Positions 45,533 to 57,362 of a stretch of DNA of 64,000 nucleotides are shown here, piece by piece. The notes beneath the pieces are model-generated. The model was not told the origin of the DNA, searched no databases, and saw only the letters and a program-made list of their open reading frames with translations. The position numbers and the translations under genes are program-made. Numbering within the stretch: position 1 is the first letter of the stretch; the number at the start of each line of letters is the position of its first letter. The stretch is from Rebecca billardiae RCC1528 (taxonomy: Eukaryota > Protista > Haptophyta). Location of the stretch: contig OZ251224.1 in assembly GCA_965240325.2 (NCBI GenBank), positions 248,001-312,000 on the forward strand. The letters run 5' to 3'.

Positions 45533-47039
45533 ATGGCGCTCGCCATGCCGGTGCTGATCGTCAACATGGGCGGCGAGATGGTGTACATTCTGGAGCAGCG
45601 CCTCGAGGCGCAGAATGTGCCCAAAGAGAAGGGGCTGCGCGGTGCGCGCCGGCGCGATGACGCGCATCGGTCCCGCGCGCGAGTGCGCGCGCATGCACAC
45701 GGGCGCCGCGGCACCCACCCGCGCTCGCTCGCGCACGGCGCGCAGTGCTCGCCGACGTGACGCGGACGATGTACAACCCGAGCTTCATCGACGAGCTCTT
45801 CAGGCCACAGGACATCTACTCCGTCACCTCGGTGCGCCAGATCTTCGACCGGCTCGCGCACTCGTCCATCATGCGGCTGAACGAGGCGAGCATGGACAAG
45901 CTGTTCGACCTGATGCTCATGGGCTTCAAGTACCAGCTGCTCTCGTGCTCGCACCCGAGGGAACTGCTGCTCGTCACGCAGAACCACCTCACCGAGCTCG
46001 CCGCCAAGGTGGGCGACTCGTCGGTCGCGCAGATGGTCTCCGCCGTGTCGGAGAAGGTCGCCACCGTGCGCGCCCGAGCCGGCGCCCGCGCCCGCGCCCG
46101 CGCCCGCGCACCGCGCGCGCGTGTGCGCGTGCCCCGGGAGTGGCGCCGCTGCCGCGCGTTCGTTCGTCAGCCGCCCCAGCGGGCGCGCCCCTCACGCTCG
46201 AGACCCCCCGCGCCCCGGCCGCGCGCGCAGACGTACGCCTCGCTTGGGCCGGGCGAGTGGGGCCGGCTGCGGCGCGTGCTGTGCTCCTTCTTCCAAGACA
46301 AGAAGGTGAAGGTGTCGCTCTTCCTGCAGGACTCGATCCAGCGCTCGGACGGCACGATCGCGATCAGCGCGGCGGGGCCGGTGCCGGAGGGCTTCGGCGT
46401 GCCGGGCACGATCGAGCTCTTCAGCGCGAGCGGCGCGCCGAAGGGCAGCACCCAGTTTGAGCACCCGCTGCAGAGCCAGCTCACGCCGGCCGCTGCCGGC
46501 CCGGCGTGCGAGCTCGGGCGCAACCTGTACAACAAGGACCGCTCGAGCACCGGGGAGGCCTCAGAGTCGGCCGACGCGCCGCCGCCGGCCGCGCCGGCTG
46601 CGCCGGCCGTGCCCGTGCAGGACAGCCAGATGACGTCCAAGCAGATCTTGGTGCGCACGAGGCCGAGCCCTGCGCCTCGCGCGCGCGCGCCGGACGCACG
46701 TGCTGAGCGGCCGACCCCCGACCCCTGGCCGCGCAGGCGGGCGAGCACACGACGCAGGCCAAGGAGGACCTCAACCTGCTCGCCTCGCTCGTCACCGCGT
46801 CGAGCGCGCCCAGCGCGCCGCTCAAGATCAACCTCTTCCCCGAGTCGTTCGACGCGCCCTCCTCAGGCGCGGCCGAGCCTGGCAAGGTGCCCACCATCAA
46901 CATCGACTTCAAGAAGGATGGCGACGCGCGCAGGAAGGAGCTGGACGAGCTCGTCTCGGGGCTGAACGTGGGCGGGGAGCAGAGCACGGGCGGCGGCGAC
47001 GACCTGCTCTCACTGATGGACCAGGCGGGGCATAAGTGA
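45533..47039 (+). CDS. OSCP1: OSCP1 (organic solute carrier partner 1) family protein (4 exons)
   Basis: MPVLIVNMGGEMVYILEQRL, FDRLAHSSIMRLNEASMDKLFDLMLMGFKYQ, FFQDKKVKVSLFL; introns 45642-45745, 46066-46230, 46651-46736; TGA 47037-47039. Confidence 0.93.
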
Positions 47040-47241
47040 TGGACCTCAGCGATGGGCGCAGGGCGTCCGCAGGCGCTGCGCGGATGGGTGGGCGGGCGGC
47101 GCGAGCGATGGCGGCTCCTTCCGGCTACGGGGCTGCCGGGCGGCCGCCAGGGGCTGACGCGATCCCGCCATGGCACCATGCATGCGCCCACAGGCGCGTC
47201 GCATATCGGCCATGAGGCCGTACCGTTTTAAAGCTGCGCAA

Positions 47242-47339
47242 TATTCTGGAAACCCACGAGAACAAAGGCACGACTTCACGCTGGGGACCAGCCCGTCGCG
47301 GGCCTTTATTCTGGAAACCCACGAGAACAAAGGCACGAC
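47242..47339 (+). repeat. Two exact 33-bp direct repeats separated by 32 bp
   Basis: TATTCTGGAAACCCACGAGAACAAAGGCACGAC at 47242-47274 and 47307-47339. Confidence 0.9.
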
Positions 47340-47847
47340 AATTTCACCAATAAAGGAATAGAAGAGAGATAGTGCATGAATCGCATTCCTCACGCACGTG
47401 GAGGCCGCCATCGGCCGTGAGAGGTACATCCAACGGGGCGTGACACCGATTCCCGCACTGGCGGGCGGCACGGCAGTTTGTCGCCGTGCCCGTGACACTG
47501 ACAGGCGTTCACGACACTGATGTCTGATGACTAGTAATGTCTAGTAAATGTTATAATATAATGGAATCTGGTAGATAAAACAGGCCTGCCGCTCGTGCCG
47601 TGCCCGTGACGCCGCCGTCTCCGCCGGCGGCAGCAGATAATCAGACGAGACCTGCTGACGGACGGCGGTCGTGATCTGTCGGAAGGAGCTGATGAAGGCC
47701 GGTGTGCGCGCCCCGTGTGTGGTGGCGCGAGCGCGTCACGCCGTCGGTCCGTGTGGTCCGTGTCAGTGTCGCGGGCTGTGTCGCCCGCGGGTCAGTCAGG
47801 CGATGCTGCTAGTCGAGAGGCGTGGGCTGCGCGCGAGCGCAGCCCGC

Positions 47848-49567
47848 TCAGGCTCTGACGCGCTCGGGCACGTTCGCCTTGGCTCGCCTCCGCACTTCCC
47901 TCACCGTCGCGACCGCCGCGTCCGGCTGCACGAACGAGGTGAAGTCCTCGTGCCGCGCCTGCAGGTACTTGACCTCCTTGCGGATGATCTTGTACACCGC
48001 CTGCGACGTCACCTGGAAGCGCTCGGCGATCTGCTTGGTCGACCACTCGCGCCCGTCGTACAGCCCGTAGCGCAGCGCGAGCATCTTGGCGTGCTCGGGC
48101 TCGCGCCCCTCCTGCACCTTGCGCACCGAGTTGCGGAACTGCTCCTTCATGATCGCGTGCTCCGCGTCGCCGATGCCGTGCGTCTCCGAGCGGATCGAGT
48201 CGGCTGGCACCTGGTTTGCCCACGGCGACGCGCGCGAGGAGTCGTCCGAGCGCTGCCCGACGAGCGCGAGGACCGTCGAGCGCGAGAAGCCCTCGAGCGC
48301 GCGCTGCACGCGCGCGTCGGGCCAGTCGAGGATCTCGGCGAGCTGCGCCGCCGACGGCCGCCGCCCGTCGTTCTCCATCGTGAGGTGAGCAGACGCCTGC
48401 GCGCGCACCGCCGAGCGGGCGGCGCGGCAGCCGGGCGGCGCGCGCGTGAGCGGCGGTGCGCGCGGGGCGGCGGGCGGCGCGCCGCGCCGTCGGCTTGGCG
48501 CGTGGCGGCGCACCTTTCGGATCTGCTTCATGTCGTCCTGCAGCGGCTGCGGCAGCCGCAGCATGTGCGACTTGTCGCGCAGCGCGTGCAACATGTGCGC
48601 GCGGATGTGCCAGCACGCGTATGTCGAGAAGCGCACGCGGCGCGAGGGGTCGAAGAGCCTGCGCGCGCGCGGGGCGGGCGGGCGCGGGCGCGCGCGCGTG
48701 AGCACCCCGCGCGAGAGCACCGCCCGCGCGCGCCGACGCGCGCGCGCCCCGCGCGCCCCGCGCGCGCGCGCACTGGATGGCCCTGAGCAGGCCGAGGGAG
48801 CCCTCCTGCCACATGTCTGCGCGCTCGAGCGCGGTGCACGTCTTGTGCTTGTTGAGCTCCTGGTGGATGAGGCCGAGGTTGTGCCGGAAGAGCTTGCCGT
48901 ACGCGGCGCGCGAGCGCACCTCCAGCAGCTGCAGCTCGATCTCCGCCACCTCCGCGCGCACGTCGCCCTCGTACCCGAGCGCCTCGAACACGGCGTGCAG
49001 CGAGGCGGGCTCGCGGCCCCCCTCACGCAGCTGCTCGCGCGCCGAGCTGATGTTGAAGAAGAGGTGGGCGAAGTGCGAGAGCGTCACCTCCTGCGCCGAG
49101 TCGAGCAGCGGCAGCTTCGCGTGGATCACCCCGCCCGCGCCTAGCCGCGGCCCCGACAGCAGGTCCTCGCCGTCGACGCTCAGGTCGTGCTCGAGCAACG
49201 ACGCGACGAGCGCGCGCGTGAGCGGCACGCCGTGCGCGATGAGCGGCGGCGAGGCGCGCGTCGAGCCGAGCGTCGCTCGGCCGAGGTCACGCGGCGCGCG
49301 GAAGCTCGTGGGGACCACGCCTCTTCCCGCCGCAGACTGCTGTGCGGGCGCAGCGACGGCGCGTTGCGCGTGCCGCCCCGGCAGCCGCACCCTCGGCGCG
49401 CACGCGACCGAGTTCCCGCCTAGGAAGGTGTGCGCGCGCGTGCGCACGTGGGTTACCCCACGTGCTCGTTGTGTCGAGAGCACGCCCCCGGCGCAGAGTG
49501 CGAGTGCGAGCAGCACCAGCACTCGCGCCCGGGGCGATCCTGCCGGCCCGGAGCTGCTGCCCTTCAT
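47848..49567 (-). CDS. Nucleus-encoded sigma-70 factor, probably plastid-targeted (3 exons)
   Basis: Region 2 HNLGLI..DMWQEGSLGLLRAIQLFDP...RFSTYACWHIR; region 4 LRYGL...KQIAERFQVTSQAV; N-terminal signal-like hydrophobic stretch; introns 48773-48659 and 48513-48397. Confidence 0.9.
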
Positions 49568-49922
49568 TACGTGACAGCACGCGACGGGCCCAAGCAAATG
49601 TGCACGATGCAGCCCCTCTGGACCACGCAACGACCAATCAGCGGCTCGGACCTAATTGACGAATTTCACTGAGCCAAGGAGTCTGAACCACGAAGGGAAG
49701 TCCAGACGACTCCATTTCGCCGTGCGTGCGTGCGTCCCCGGCGGCCGAAGATCGCCCAAGATTCGTTTGAATTGCCCTCAATGATCGAGGGGGATCTTCG
49801 ATGATGAGCGACGACTGGAATAATCCGGTTGCCTTGACCTTTCGCCGAGCGCGCGTGTCCCGCGCAGCACCGGGCACGTGCGGTGCCATCGCGTGGCTGA
49901 ATCCGCGCGTGGACGGCTCAAC

Positions 49923-50927
49923 ATGAGGGGCGTGCTCTCCATGCGCGCGCTCGTCCTCCTCACGCGCTGGCTGCCTGCAGCCGCGACGGGGCTGCTCCCT
50001 GGCGCGCTGCGCGCCCGGCTCCGCCACTTTGCCCGCGCCGCGCCGCCGCCGCCGCCGCGTGAGCTCGTGCAGCGCCTCGAGACGGTCGTGTGCGACTGCG
50101 ACGGCGTGCTGTTCGCGCACGGGCACGCGCTGCCGGGGGCGCCCGAGGCGGTGAATGCGCTCAAACGCGCGGGTAAGCGCGTGCTCTTCGTCACGAACAG
50201 CGCCACCCAGTCGCGCCGCTCCCTCTGCACCAAGCTCTCGAAGATGGGCTTTGCCAGCGTCGAGGAGGCGGACTGCGTCACCTCCGCATCTGCGGCCGCG
50301 GCCTACCTGAAGCGGCACCACCCGGAGGCGCGGACGGCGTACATCGTGGGCGAGCAGGGGCTTGCAGACGAGCTCGACCTCGTGGGCATCCGCGCCCTCG
50401 GCCGCGACGACACCGGAGGGCTGCAGGCGCTGGTGGACGAGTCGTTTGAAGACGCGGGCGTGGCGCAGGTGGGCGCGGTCGTGGTCGGTCTGCAGTTCGA
50501 GGACCTGGGGTACCGCCGGCTGGCGAAGGCGGCGGCGTACGCCCGGGACCGCGCGCGCCCGTTCGTCGCGACCAACCTCGACGAGTCGTGGCCCGCCGGC
50601 GTCGGCACGCTGCTGCCCGCCGGCGGCGCGTGCGTGCGCTTTGTCGCGTACGGCGCGGAGCGCGAGCCTGACGTGTGCGTGGGCAAGCCGTCCGTCGACC
50701 TGGCGCGGCTGCTGGTGGACAGCTACGAGCTCAACCCCGCGCGCACGCTCATGGTGGGAGACCGATGCAACACCGACATCGCCTTCGGCCGCTCCGTCGG
50801 CATGCGCACGCTGCTCGTGCTGAGCGGCTGTCACTCGCTCGAGGATGTGCGCGCCGCGGCTGCAGACTCGAGGCCCGAGTTTGTGGCCGACTCCATCGCG
50901 CAGCTCACGCAGCTCTGCGCGGACTGA
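49923..50927 (+). CDS. HAD-IIA phosphatase (phosphoglycolate/4-nitrophenyl phosphatase family)
   Basis: DCDGVL, FVTNS, ATNLD, VGKPS, MVGDRCNTDIAFG, LLVLSG. Confidence 0.93.
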   Translation: MRGVLSMRALVLLTRWLPAAATGLLPGALRARLRHFARAAPPPPPRELVQRLETVVCDCDGVLFAHGHALPGAPEAVNALKRAGKRVLFVTNSATQSRRSLCTKLSKMGFASVEEADCVTSASAAAAYLKRHHPEARTAYIVGEQGLADELDLVGIRALGRDDTGGLQALVDESFEDAGVAQVGAVVVGLQFEDLGYRRLAKAAAYARDRARPFVATNLDESWPAGVGTLLPAGGACVRFVAYGAEREPDVCVGKPSVDLARLLVDSYELNPARTLMVGDRCNTDIAFGRSVGMRTLLVLSGCHSLEDVRAAAADSRPEFVADSIAQLTQLCAD

Positions 50928-51237
50928 CCCTCGCAGGGTCGCGCTGCCTTGTCGGGCCGGCACCGTGCCTGGGCGCGATGTTGATATGGTGAGTATGGTG
51001 ACGCCCGCCCGGGAGCCGCGGAGCCTAACTCCGCAGCCACTCGGCCTCGCAGAGTGCTGGCACAGGGCGTAGGCAATGTGAATGACACCCTGGCTGCTAG
51101 CATATAAGACTCTAATAAGGCCGCCGCGATGATGGCGGGGACTTGCCAGGCTGTGCACACGCAGCTCCACCGACAGACCAACTCGTAACCAAGGCGCGCG
51201 CTCAGTGACAGTCCAGGCACTGACCGCTCGGAACGGC

Positions 51238-54200
51238 TCAAGCGGCCGCGGCCTGCTCGCGCTCCACCTGGGCGGCAGCTGTGGCCTCCATCACCGCCGC
51301 CTCGAGGTTTTGGTCCTGCATGAAGAGCTTGCGCAGGGCGTCGTCGTCCTGCACGGTGTCGCGGGCCGCCCACGCACGCGGGGCAGCGGGTGAGCGCTGC
51401 GTGCCCACCTCCCGCCGCTCGCTGCGGAGCCGCGCGCTGCCGCGCGCGGCCGCGCTCGCGCGCGCGCGCTCGCACCTCAAACTGAGCGACGCCAAAAGAG
51501 GCGAGGCCTGTGCGCGCGACACGGCCGATGAACTGGCGCAGCGTGTTGGCCGAGTGGTTGGTCGAGAACGTCTTGTCGATCAGCACCGACGTGCACGGCA
51601 CGTTGGCGCCGTAGGTGAAGTCCTGCAGTCGCACGCACGCGCGCGCGCGCACGCGCGCGCCCCGCGCTCAGCCGCACGCGCGCGCGCGCGCGGCGCCGGC
51701 GGTGGGCGTGCGCGCGGCCGCACCTTGGTGACGGCGCACACGGAGAGCTGGCCGCGCTCCATCTGCTCCGAGACGTAGTTGGTGTACGACGTGTTCCCCT
51801 GCGGGTTCACCGCGGCCGAGTGCGGCGCGTGCGCGCCCACGCCCGCGAGCAGCAGCATCTTCCACACGTCGTCCACGACCAGCTCGGTGATGCGCTTGAG
51901 CTCCGACTGCTTGGGCAGGTGGCGGAAGAAGGCGGGGTCGATGCTCTTCATGAGCGCGTCGACCTCGGGCTCCTTCATGCCCAGCTTGCCCGCGTAGTGT
52001 CGCACGTGCGCGCGCGAGTTCACCACCGTGTGCTCCGGGATCTTGAGCGCCTTCTCCGCGCCCATCGAGATGTCGAGCTCGCGCATGCGCTGCGCCATCA
52101 GCTCGTCCGCGCGGTCCGAGCCCTTGGAGGCCTTCTCGACCTCCTTGCGGATGGCGGCGATCTGGCGCTCGACGGCGGCCTCGTGCGCCTCGACCTCGCG
52201 CGAGAGGTCCTTGAGCGAGGGCATCTCGCCCACCAGCTGCCGCGCCGTCGACTCGAGCTGCGCCGTCGGCTTGGTCGAGACGGTGAGCGTCATGCCCATG
52301 AAGTGGCGCGCCGTGTCGGTCAGCAGCTTGCCCGAATCAAACGGCGGGTACGGCGGCGGCGGCGCGCCCTCCTCCTCGGCGGCGGCGGGGTCCTCGTAGC
52401 ACACGGCGCGGACGAGCGCGTCGTCGCCCGTCGCCTGCAGCGCGTCGAGCGTGTCCAGCGCGTACGCGCGCAGCGACGCGTGCGTGAGCTGGCTCGGGTC
52501 GGAGAAGCGCGCGTTGAGCGAGTCAACCTTGACGCCCGACGCGGCCAGCCGCTCGGCGGCGTGCGGCCGCGAGAGCCTTTCGTGCAGGTCGACGACGGCC
52601 TGCGAGGTGTAGGCCTTGAGCAGCAGCGGCTCGGTGCGCACGCGGTGCACGAGCTGCTTCAGCTCCGCCGCGCTCGCGCACAGCTGGTGCGGCGCCGCCA
52701 CGCGCCCGTTCGGCCGCACGAGCAGCGAGCCCACGTTGAGCTGCATGCTCACAATCTCCTTGACGTTGGCCCCCGCGTCGGTCGCGCCGTACTGCCGCAT
52801 GCGGCGCAGCCAGTCGGAGATGGGGGAGGGGAGGAGGTCCTGCGGCGGCAGCGTGGCGGAGCACCAGACGGTCTTGACCGGCGAGGCGAGCATCGTCGCC
52901 ACCATCGCGCCCGTCACCGAGTCGTCCGGCTGCGCCTCGCCGCCCGACTGGTCGGAGCCCATCGTCGGCTCGTCGAGCATCAGCACCGTCTGCGCCGGGT
53001 CGAGCTGCCGCAGCAGCCACGCGGCCGAGACGACGTCGGCGACGAACATGCGCGGCGGGCGCAGCGGCATCGGCGCGCGGCGCTTGCGGATGCGCAGCTT
53101 GTTCTCCTCCTGCCGCTCGATCCCGTCGCGCAGCTTCTGCTCCATCTGCTCGACCGAGGTGGAGGTGGAGGCGCCGCGCAGCCCGCACAGCCACGAGCAC
53201 GTGACGAGCTGGTTGTGCACCCACGCAAACGGGATGCCCTGGTTGTACAGGATCTGCGCGATCTCGAGGTTGACGCGGCGCGCGAGGCAGCAGAAGACGA
53301 CCTTCGAGTCGGGGAACAGCTCGGCCAGCGTCGGCGCGACCGACGTCTTCCCCGTGTCCGGCGGCGAGCGCAGCAGCACGAGCTGCGGCCCCGGCTGCAG
53401 CAGCGCCTTGAAGAGCTCGACCTGCGTGCCGTACGGCTGCAGGAACTTGGCGGCGTGGCGCTTGCGGAAGTCGGAGGAGGAGAGGAGGTGCGCGAAGGAG
53501 CGGAGGCACTCGTCCGCCTCGAACTTCACCGCCGACTTCACCTTCGCGAGCACGTGCCGCGCGTCGAGCATCATCCGCGAGCCCTGCGCCTTGGCGAGCG
53601 CCTTGTCGCCAAACCGCAGCTTGTACTGCGCCTCGTACGTCATCACCGCGTCGGAGAGGTTGCGGATGGCGCCGAAGGAGGCGGCCTTGCTCGCCTCCTT
53701 CTTGAGGTACTGCGAGGCGCACGCCATCTCGCGCGCGAGCTGCAGCTCCCACGGCGCGTCCGTCGCCAGCGGCCGGTCGGGCTGCAGCCCCTCGAGCCAG
53801 CCGATCGCCTTGTCGCCCAGCCCGCCATGCTTGGTCGTCTTCTTCGACGTCTGCGCCGACTCGCCCTGCATGATGCGCACGATGTTGTCGAGCTTGATCT
53901 GCACCTTGGCCGAGATCTTCACCTCCTTCCCGCCGCCGCCGCCGCCGCCGCCCTTCTTCCCGCCGCCGCCGCCGCCCTTCTTCCCGCCGCCGCCGCCGCC
54001 GCCGCCCTTCTTGCCCTTGCCGTCCTTGCCGTCGCCGCCGCCGTCCGCGTCGGCGTCGGGCAGCTCGACCTGCATCGACTCGAGCTTGGGGCGGATGTGG
54101 TTGGTGTAGATCCAGTCCGCGAACCCGTCCATCTCGGGCAGCATGTCCGTGAGGAAGCGGCCGCTATTCTCGTCAAACTGGACGTCGCCCGAGGTGCGAA

Positions 54201-54387
54201 TCTGCGTGCTCACGCGCGTGAGCATCTCGACGACCGCGCGGCGCGCGGGCAGCAGCGCGCCCTCGATCGTCTTCCACTCGTCCTTCGTCACCGCCTCGAG
54301 CAGCAGCGCTGAGCCCTCGTCATCGTCGTCATCGTCGTCGTCCTTCGCGTCCTTCGGCGGCGCCTCCTTGGGCGGAGGGTCCCCCAT
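51238..54387 (-). CDS. Divergent superfamily-2 (Ski2/DDX60-like) helicase (3 exons)
   Basis: Motif I SPPDTGKT, II LMLDEPT, III SATLP, GVGAH, V FTYGANVP, VI QFIGRVAR; introns 51723-51623 and 51475-51349. Confidence 0.8.
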
Positions 54388-54472
54388 GATACCCGCGTCC
54401 GGTCAAGACCACGTCGTCTCGGTCCGGGAGCGCCGGCGCGGCCCAGTTTTGAGTTTTCCAATACGCGTCACG

Positions 54473-55060
54473 ATGGCGACGACCGAGATCGCGTGGGCGG
54501 GCAACTTTGACTGTGGGCAGTGTGGGAGGAAGCGCCTCGTCGGCGCCGAGTTCTCCAAAGCGGCGCTCGAGCGGCATCGCCGCGATCCATCCGCGCCGCT
54601 GAAGTGCAAGGCGTGCGTCGACACTGCCGCCGAGGCCGAGAGGGTTGCTGCCGCCGCTCGACGGCAGGCGAGCGACGAGGCGGGCACGGCGGAGGAGCAC
54701 GTGTGCTCCGCGTGCGAGCAGCCGCTCGCAGCCGCCATGTTCAACCGCAACCAATTGAACAAGGGCCCAGGCAAGCAGCGCTGCCAGCAGTGCGTCGCCG
54801 ACGCGGAGAAGGCGGCATCGAGCGCGGGCGACGCAGCGTATGCCGAGCGCCTTGCGAGCGCGCGCACAGCGCTCGCTCGAGCGGAGGCGGCTGGCACCCC
54901 TGCAGAGCGGCTCGCCGCGAGTGCGCACTTATCTGCGATCGAGGCCGAGAAAGTGACCGGTCTCAAGCCGATCAAGTTGCGCGCGCGCGGAGGCGGTGGG
55001 GGGCGGCGTGGCAGCGGGCGCGGCGGCGGGCGCGGCGGCGGAGGGCGTGCCTCAGCCTGA
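54473..55060 (+). CDS. Tandem Stc1-like zinc-finger protein with RG-rich tail
   Basis: Two CxxC...FS/FN..(Q)L...CxxC units (CGQC..EFSKAALE..CKAC; CSAC..MFNRNQL..CQQC); C-terminal GGRGGGGR. Confidence 0.65.
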   Translation: MATTEIAWAGNFDCGQCGRKRLVGAEFSKAALERHRRDPSAPLKCKACVDTAAEAERVAAAARRQASDEAGTAEEHVCSACEQPLAAAMFNRNQLNKGPGKQRCQQCVADAEKAASSAGDAAYAERLASARTALARAEAAGTPAERLAASAHLSAIEAEKVTGLKPIKLRARGGGGGRRGSGRGGGRGGGGRASA

Positions 55061-55710
55061 CTGCTGACTGTAATCTGTATGTACTACTAGTAGTAGTACT
55101 AGCCTTGTTTGCATGTCAGAAGGTTGACACTCACTCGGTGGCGCCTCACGGGAGACGCGCAAAGCGGTGTGGCAAGGTCTTGAGGGATGCAGCTGTGCGT
55201 CATCACTCTGCACTCATCTTGTCGCTGGCACGCCGTGGGCGATGGCATACGCCGGTCGGGCGCTCCAAAGCACGCAACATCACTGACACCGCACGACGGG
55301 CCGCCATGGCGAGCCCCATCGACGTCATCGACATCATCAGTGTCGATTTCGTTCATCATCACTTTCAACTTGCGTGTATTGTACCACGGGCACGGTTCGC
55401 CGCCTCACAATTCGATTTGAAAGGTAGCGCGCAGCCAGCAGTATTCGAACAAAGGCGTTGGGCGGATGGCTGGCCGCTCGCGGCTCGCGTTTTTGATTGC
55501 AGCGGCACCAAGGACGCTTCGTCCAGCAAGTAACACGACCAACTCCCGCCTTCGGCGCGCTAATGCCGAAGCGTTCAGGCCCACAAACATTGCCGCCGAA
55601 AGAATCGGCAACGTGCGAGCGCCGTGCAGTTGCGTTGCTGAGCCGTCCAACCAAACTCGTCTTCACGCCGTCCCGCTCGCCGCCGCCGTCCGATCGCCGC
55701 CGCCGCCACC

Positions 55711-56793
55711 ATGTTCGCCACGCTGGTGCTCGGCCTCCTCGCGCACGCGGATGACCGCTCGATCGTGGACAAGATGAGCTCGCCTCGCGCGACGGTGCCG
55801 CTCCTCAGCAACCCTGGCCGCCAGATCTCGGTGTGCACCTCGCGCCTCTCGCGCAACGCGGCGCACGCGCGCGTGCGCTTTGCGTGTCGCACGCGGCGCG
55901 CGGCGCGGCGCAGCCCACCAGGCCCCACGCGCGCCGGCGCGAAGCGTGCTGACTCGTGCGGCCCGACCTTCCCCTGATGCCCCATTGCTGCGCTCGCGCG
56001 CAGTCTGAGGCCAAGAACCAGCTGAGCTGGAGCGCGTTCCGTGGCGCGTGGCGCGAGAACATCGGCGACGTGCAGACGGGTGTGACGCTGGACCAGTCGA
56101 AGCACAGCGACTTCTTCTCGACGGCTGCGCTGGCCAAGCGTGTGGTGGACAACGATCTCAAGGTGGACGCGCAGGTGACGCACGACTTCCACGACCAGAA
56201 CACCAAGCTCGACGCGTCGCTGCTCACGAAGGACGGCACGCGCATCTCTGGCGACATCGACCGCAACATGAAGGTTGGCCGTGTCGAGGTCAGCAAGTCG
56301 CTCAACGACCTGCCGCTGTCGAAGCAGCTCGGCGACCGCCTCACGCTTAGCCCGTCGCTCGCCGTCGAGAACCGTGAGCTCACGCTCGAGATCGCGCAGG
56401 ACATTGGCGAGAAGGTGCGCGCGCGTGCGTGCGCGCGCGAGGCTGCGCGCGCCGCGCGCAACCGACGGCGAACCGACGGCGCTGACCAGCCTCCCCCTCC
56501 TCGCGGCCCGTCGTGCGCGCCGCCCGCCCGCCGCGCAGAACATGCTCGTGCCCTCGGTGTCTCTCAACAGCGACGGCTCGCTCAACCGGTGGGGCGTCGG
56601 CTGGATGAGCCGCCTGAACAACGGCGACGCGCTCGCGGCCCGGCTGGACGCGGACAACAAGCTGGACGTGCGCTACGACCGCCAGTGCGACGACGGCTCG
56701 CAGTGGCGCCTCAACGCGAACGTGCCCTCGCTCGGCGGCAGCGACGTGATCTCGAACACGGAGTGGTCGGTGACGCGCGCGTGGAGCAAGTAG
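55711..56793 (+). CDS. Secreted/targeted protein rich in amphipathic beta strands (3 exons), function unknown
   Basis: Signal peptide MFATLVLGLLAHA; introns 55831-56003 and 56415-56538; alternating-polarity strands ending WSVTRAWSK. Confidence 0.6.
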
Positions 56794-57362
56794 ATCTCGC
56801 CGCGGACGAGGTCCCGAGTGCCATCGATCGCGTGATGCCGCGCACGCGCGCGCGGGCGGCTGCCCGGCCCTGAAATACGGGCCGTGCTGCCGCACTGCGC
56901 CGCGTCGTGGTGCCCGAAGCCGGGGTGAGCATGCGAATGCTGCACGCCCGCAGGGCGACGCGAGGTGGCGACCATGACGGCGTTGTGCCCCGCCGATGCA
57001 GCCGGTCTTCTTGGCCGGCCGTACCTGGCATCACGGGCGCGGTGCACGTCCTGTCCTGTGAAGCACACGAGATCAACCGCGATCTCAATCTGTTGCCCAC
57101 CTGCGCACCAAGCTCGACTGTCGTCACCAGTGTAATTGTCAGCAAATTGTTCCGTCATTACCGCCTCATCAGAGCGCACTATGCGTGCGTAGTCAGCCCG
57201 TCGGCTCCGTCGCACTACTCAGTACTCAGTAGTACCGCAGTACACACTGTCCGCCTGGGATCCCGGACCCGTACAAGTAGCCGCCGATCTCCGTGCGTCC
57301 GGATGGCACAGTTTCGTGCTTTTTGGGTGGTGATTTCCAGATTTCGTCGTCGCCCGGTGCGC

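Noticed and set aside
47520-47560. CTGATGA followed by a small stem, suggesting a hammerhead ribozyme
   Set aside because: The required GAAA after stem II reads TAAA, and stems I/III were not found.
47848-49567. Sigma-70 (and Pip, Sel1) as evidence of a bacterial contig or recent HGT
   Set aside because: The sigma gene has spliceosomal introns and a targeting presequence, and its neighbours are eukaryote-specific; nuclear plastid sigma factors are normal in algae.
51820-54312. Long Arg/Ala-rich ORFs antisense or out of frame to real genes (also 26373-28238, 12967-15099, 43234-45189, 824-2134, 9216-10403)
   Set aside because: Shadow ORFs caused by very high GC3 and few stops; the recognisable motifs lie in the other frame or strand.
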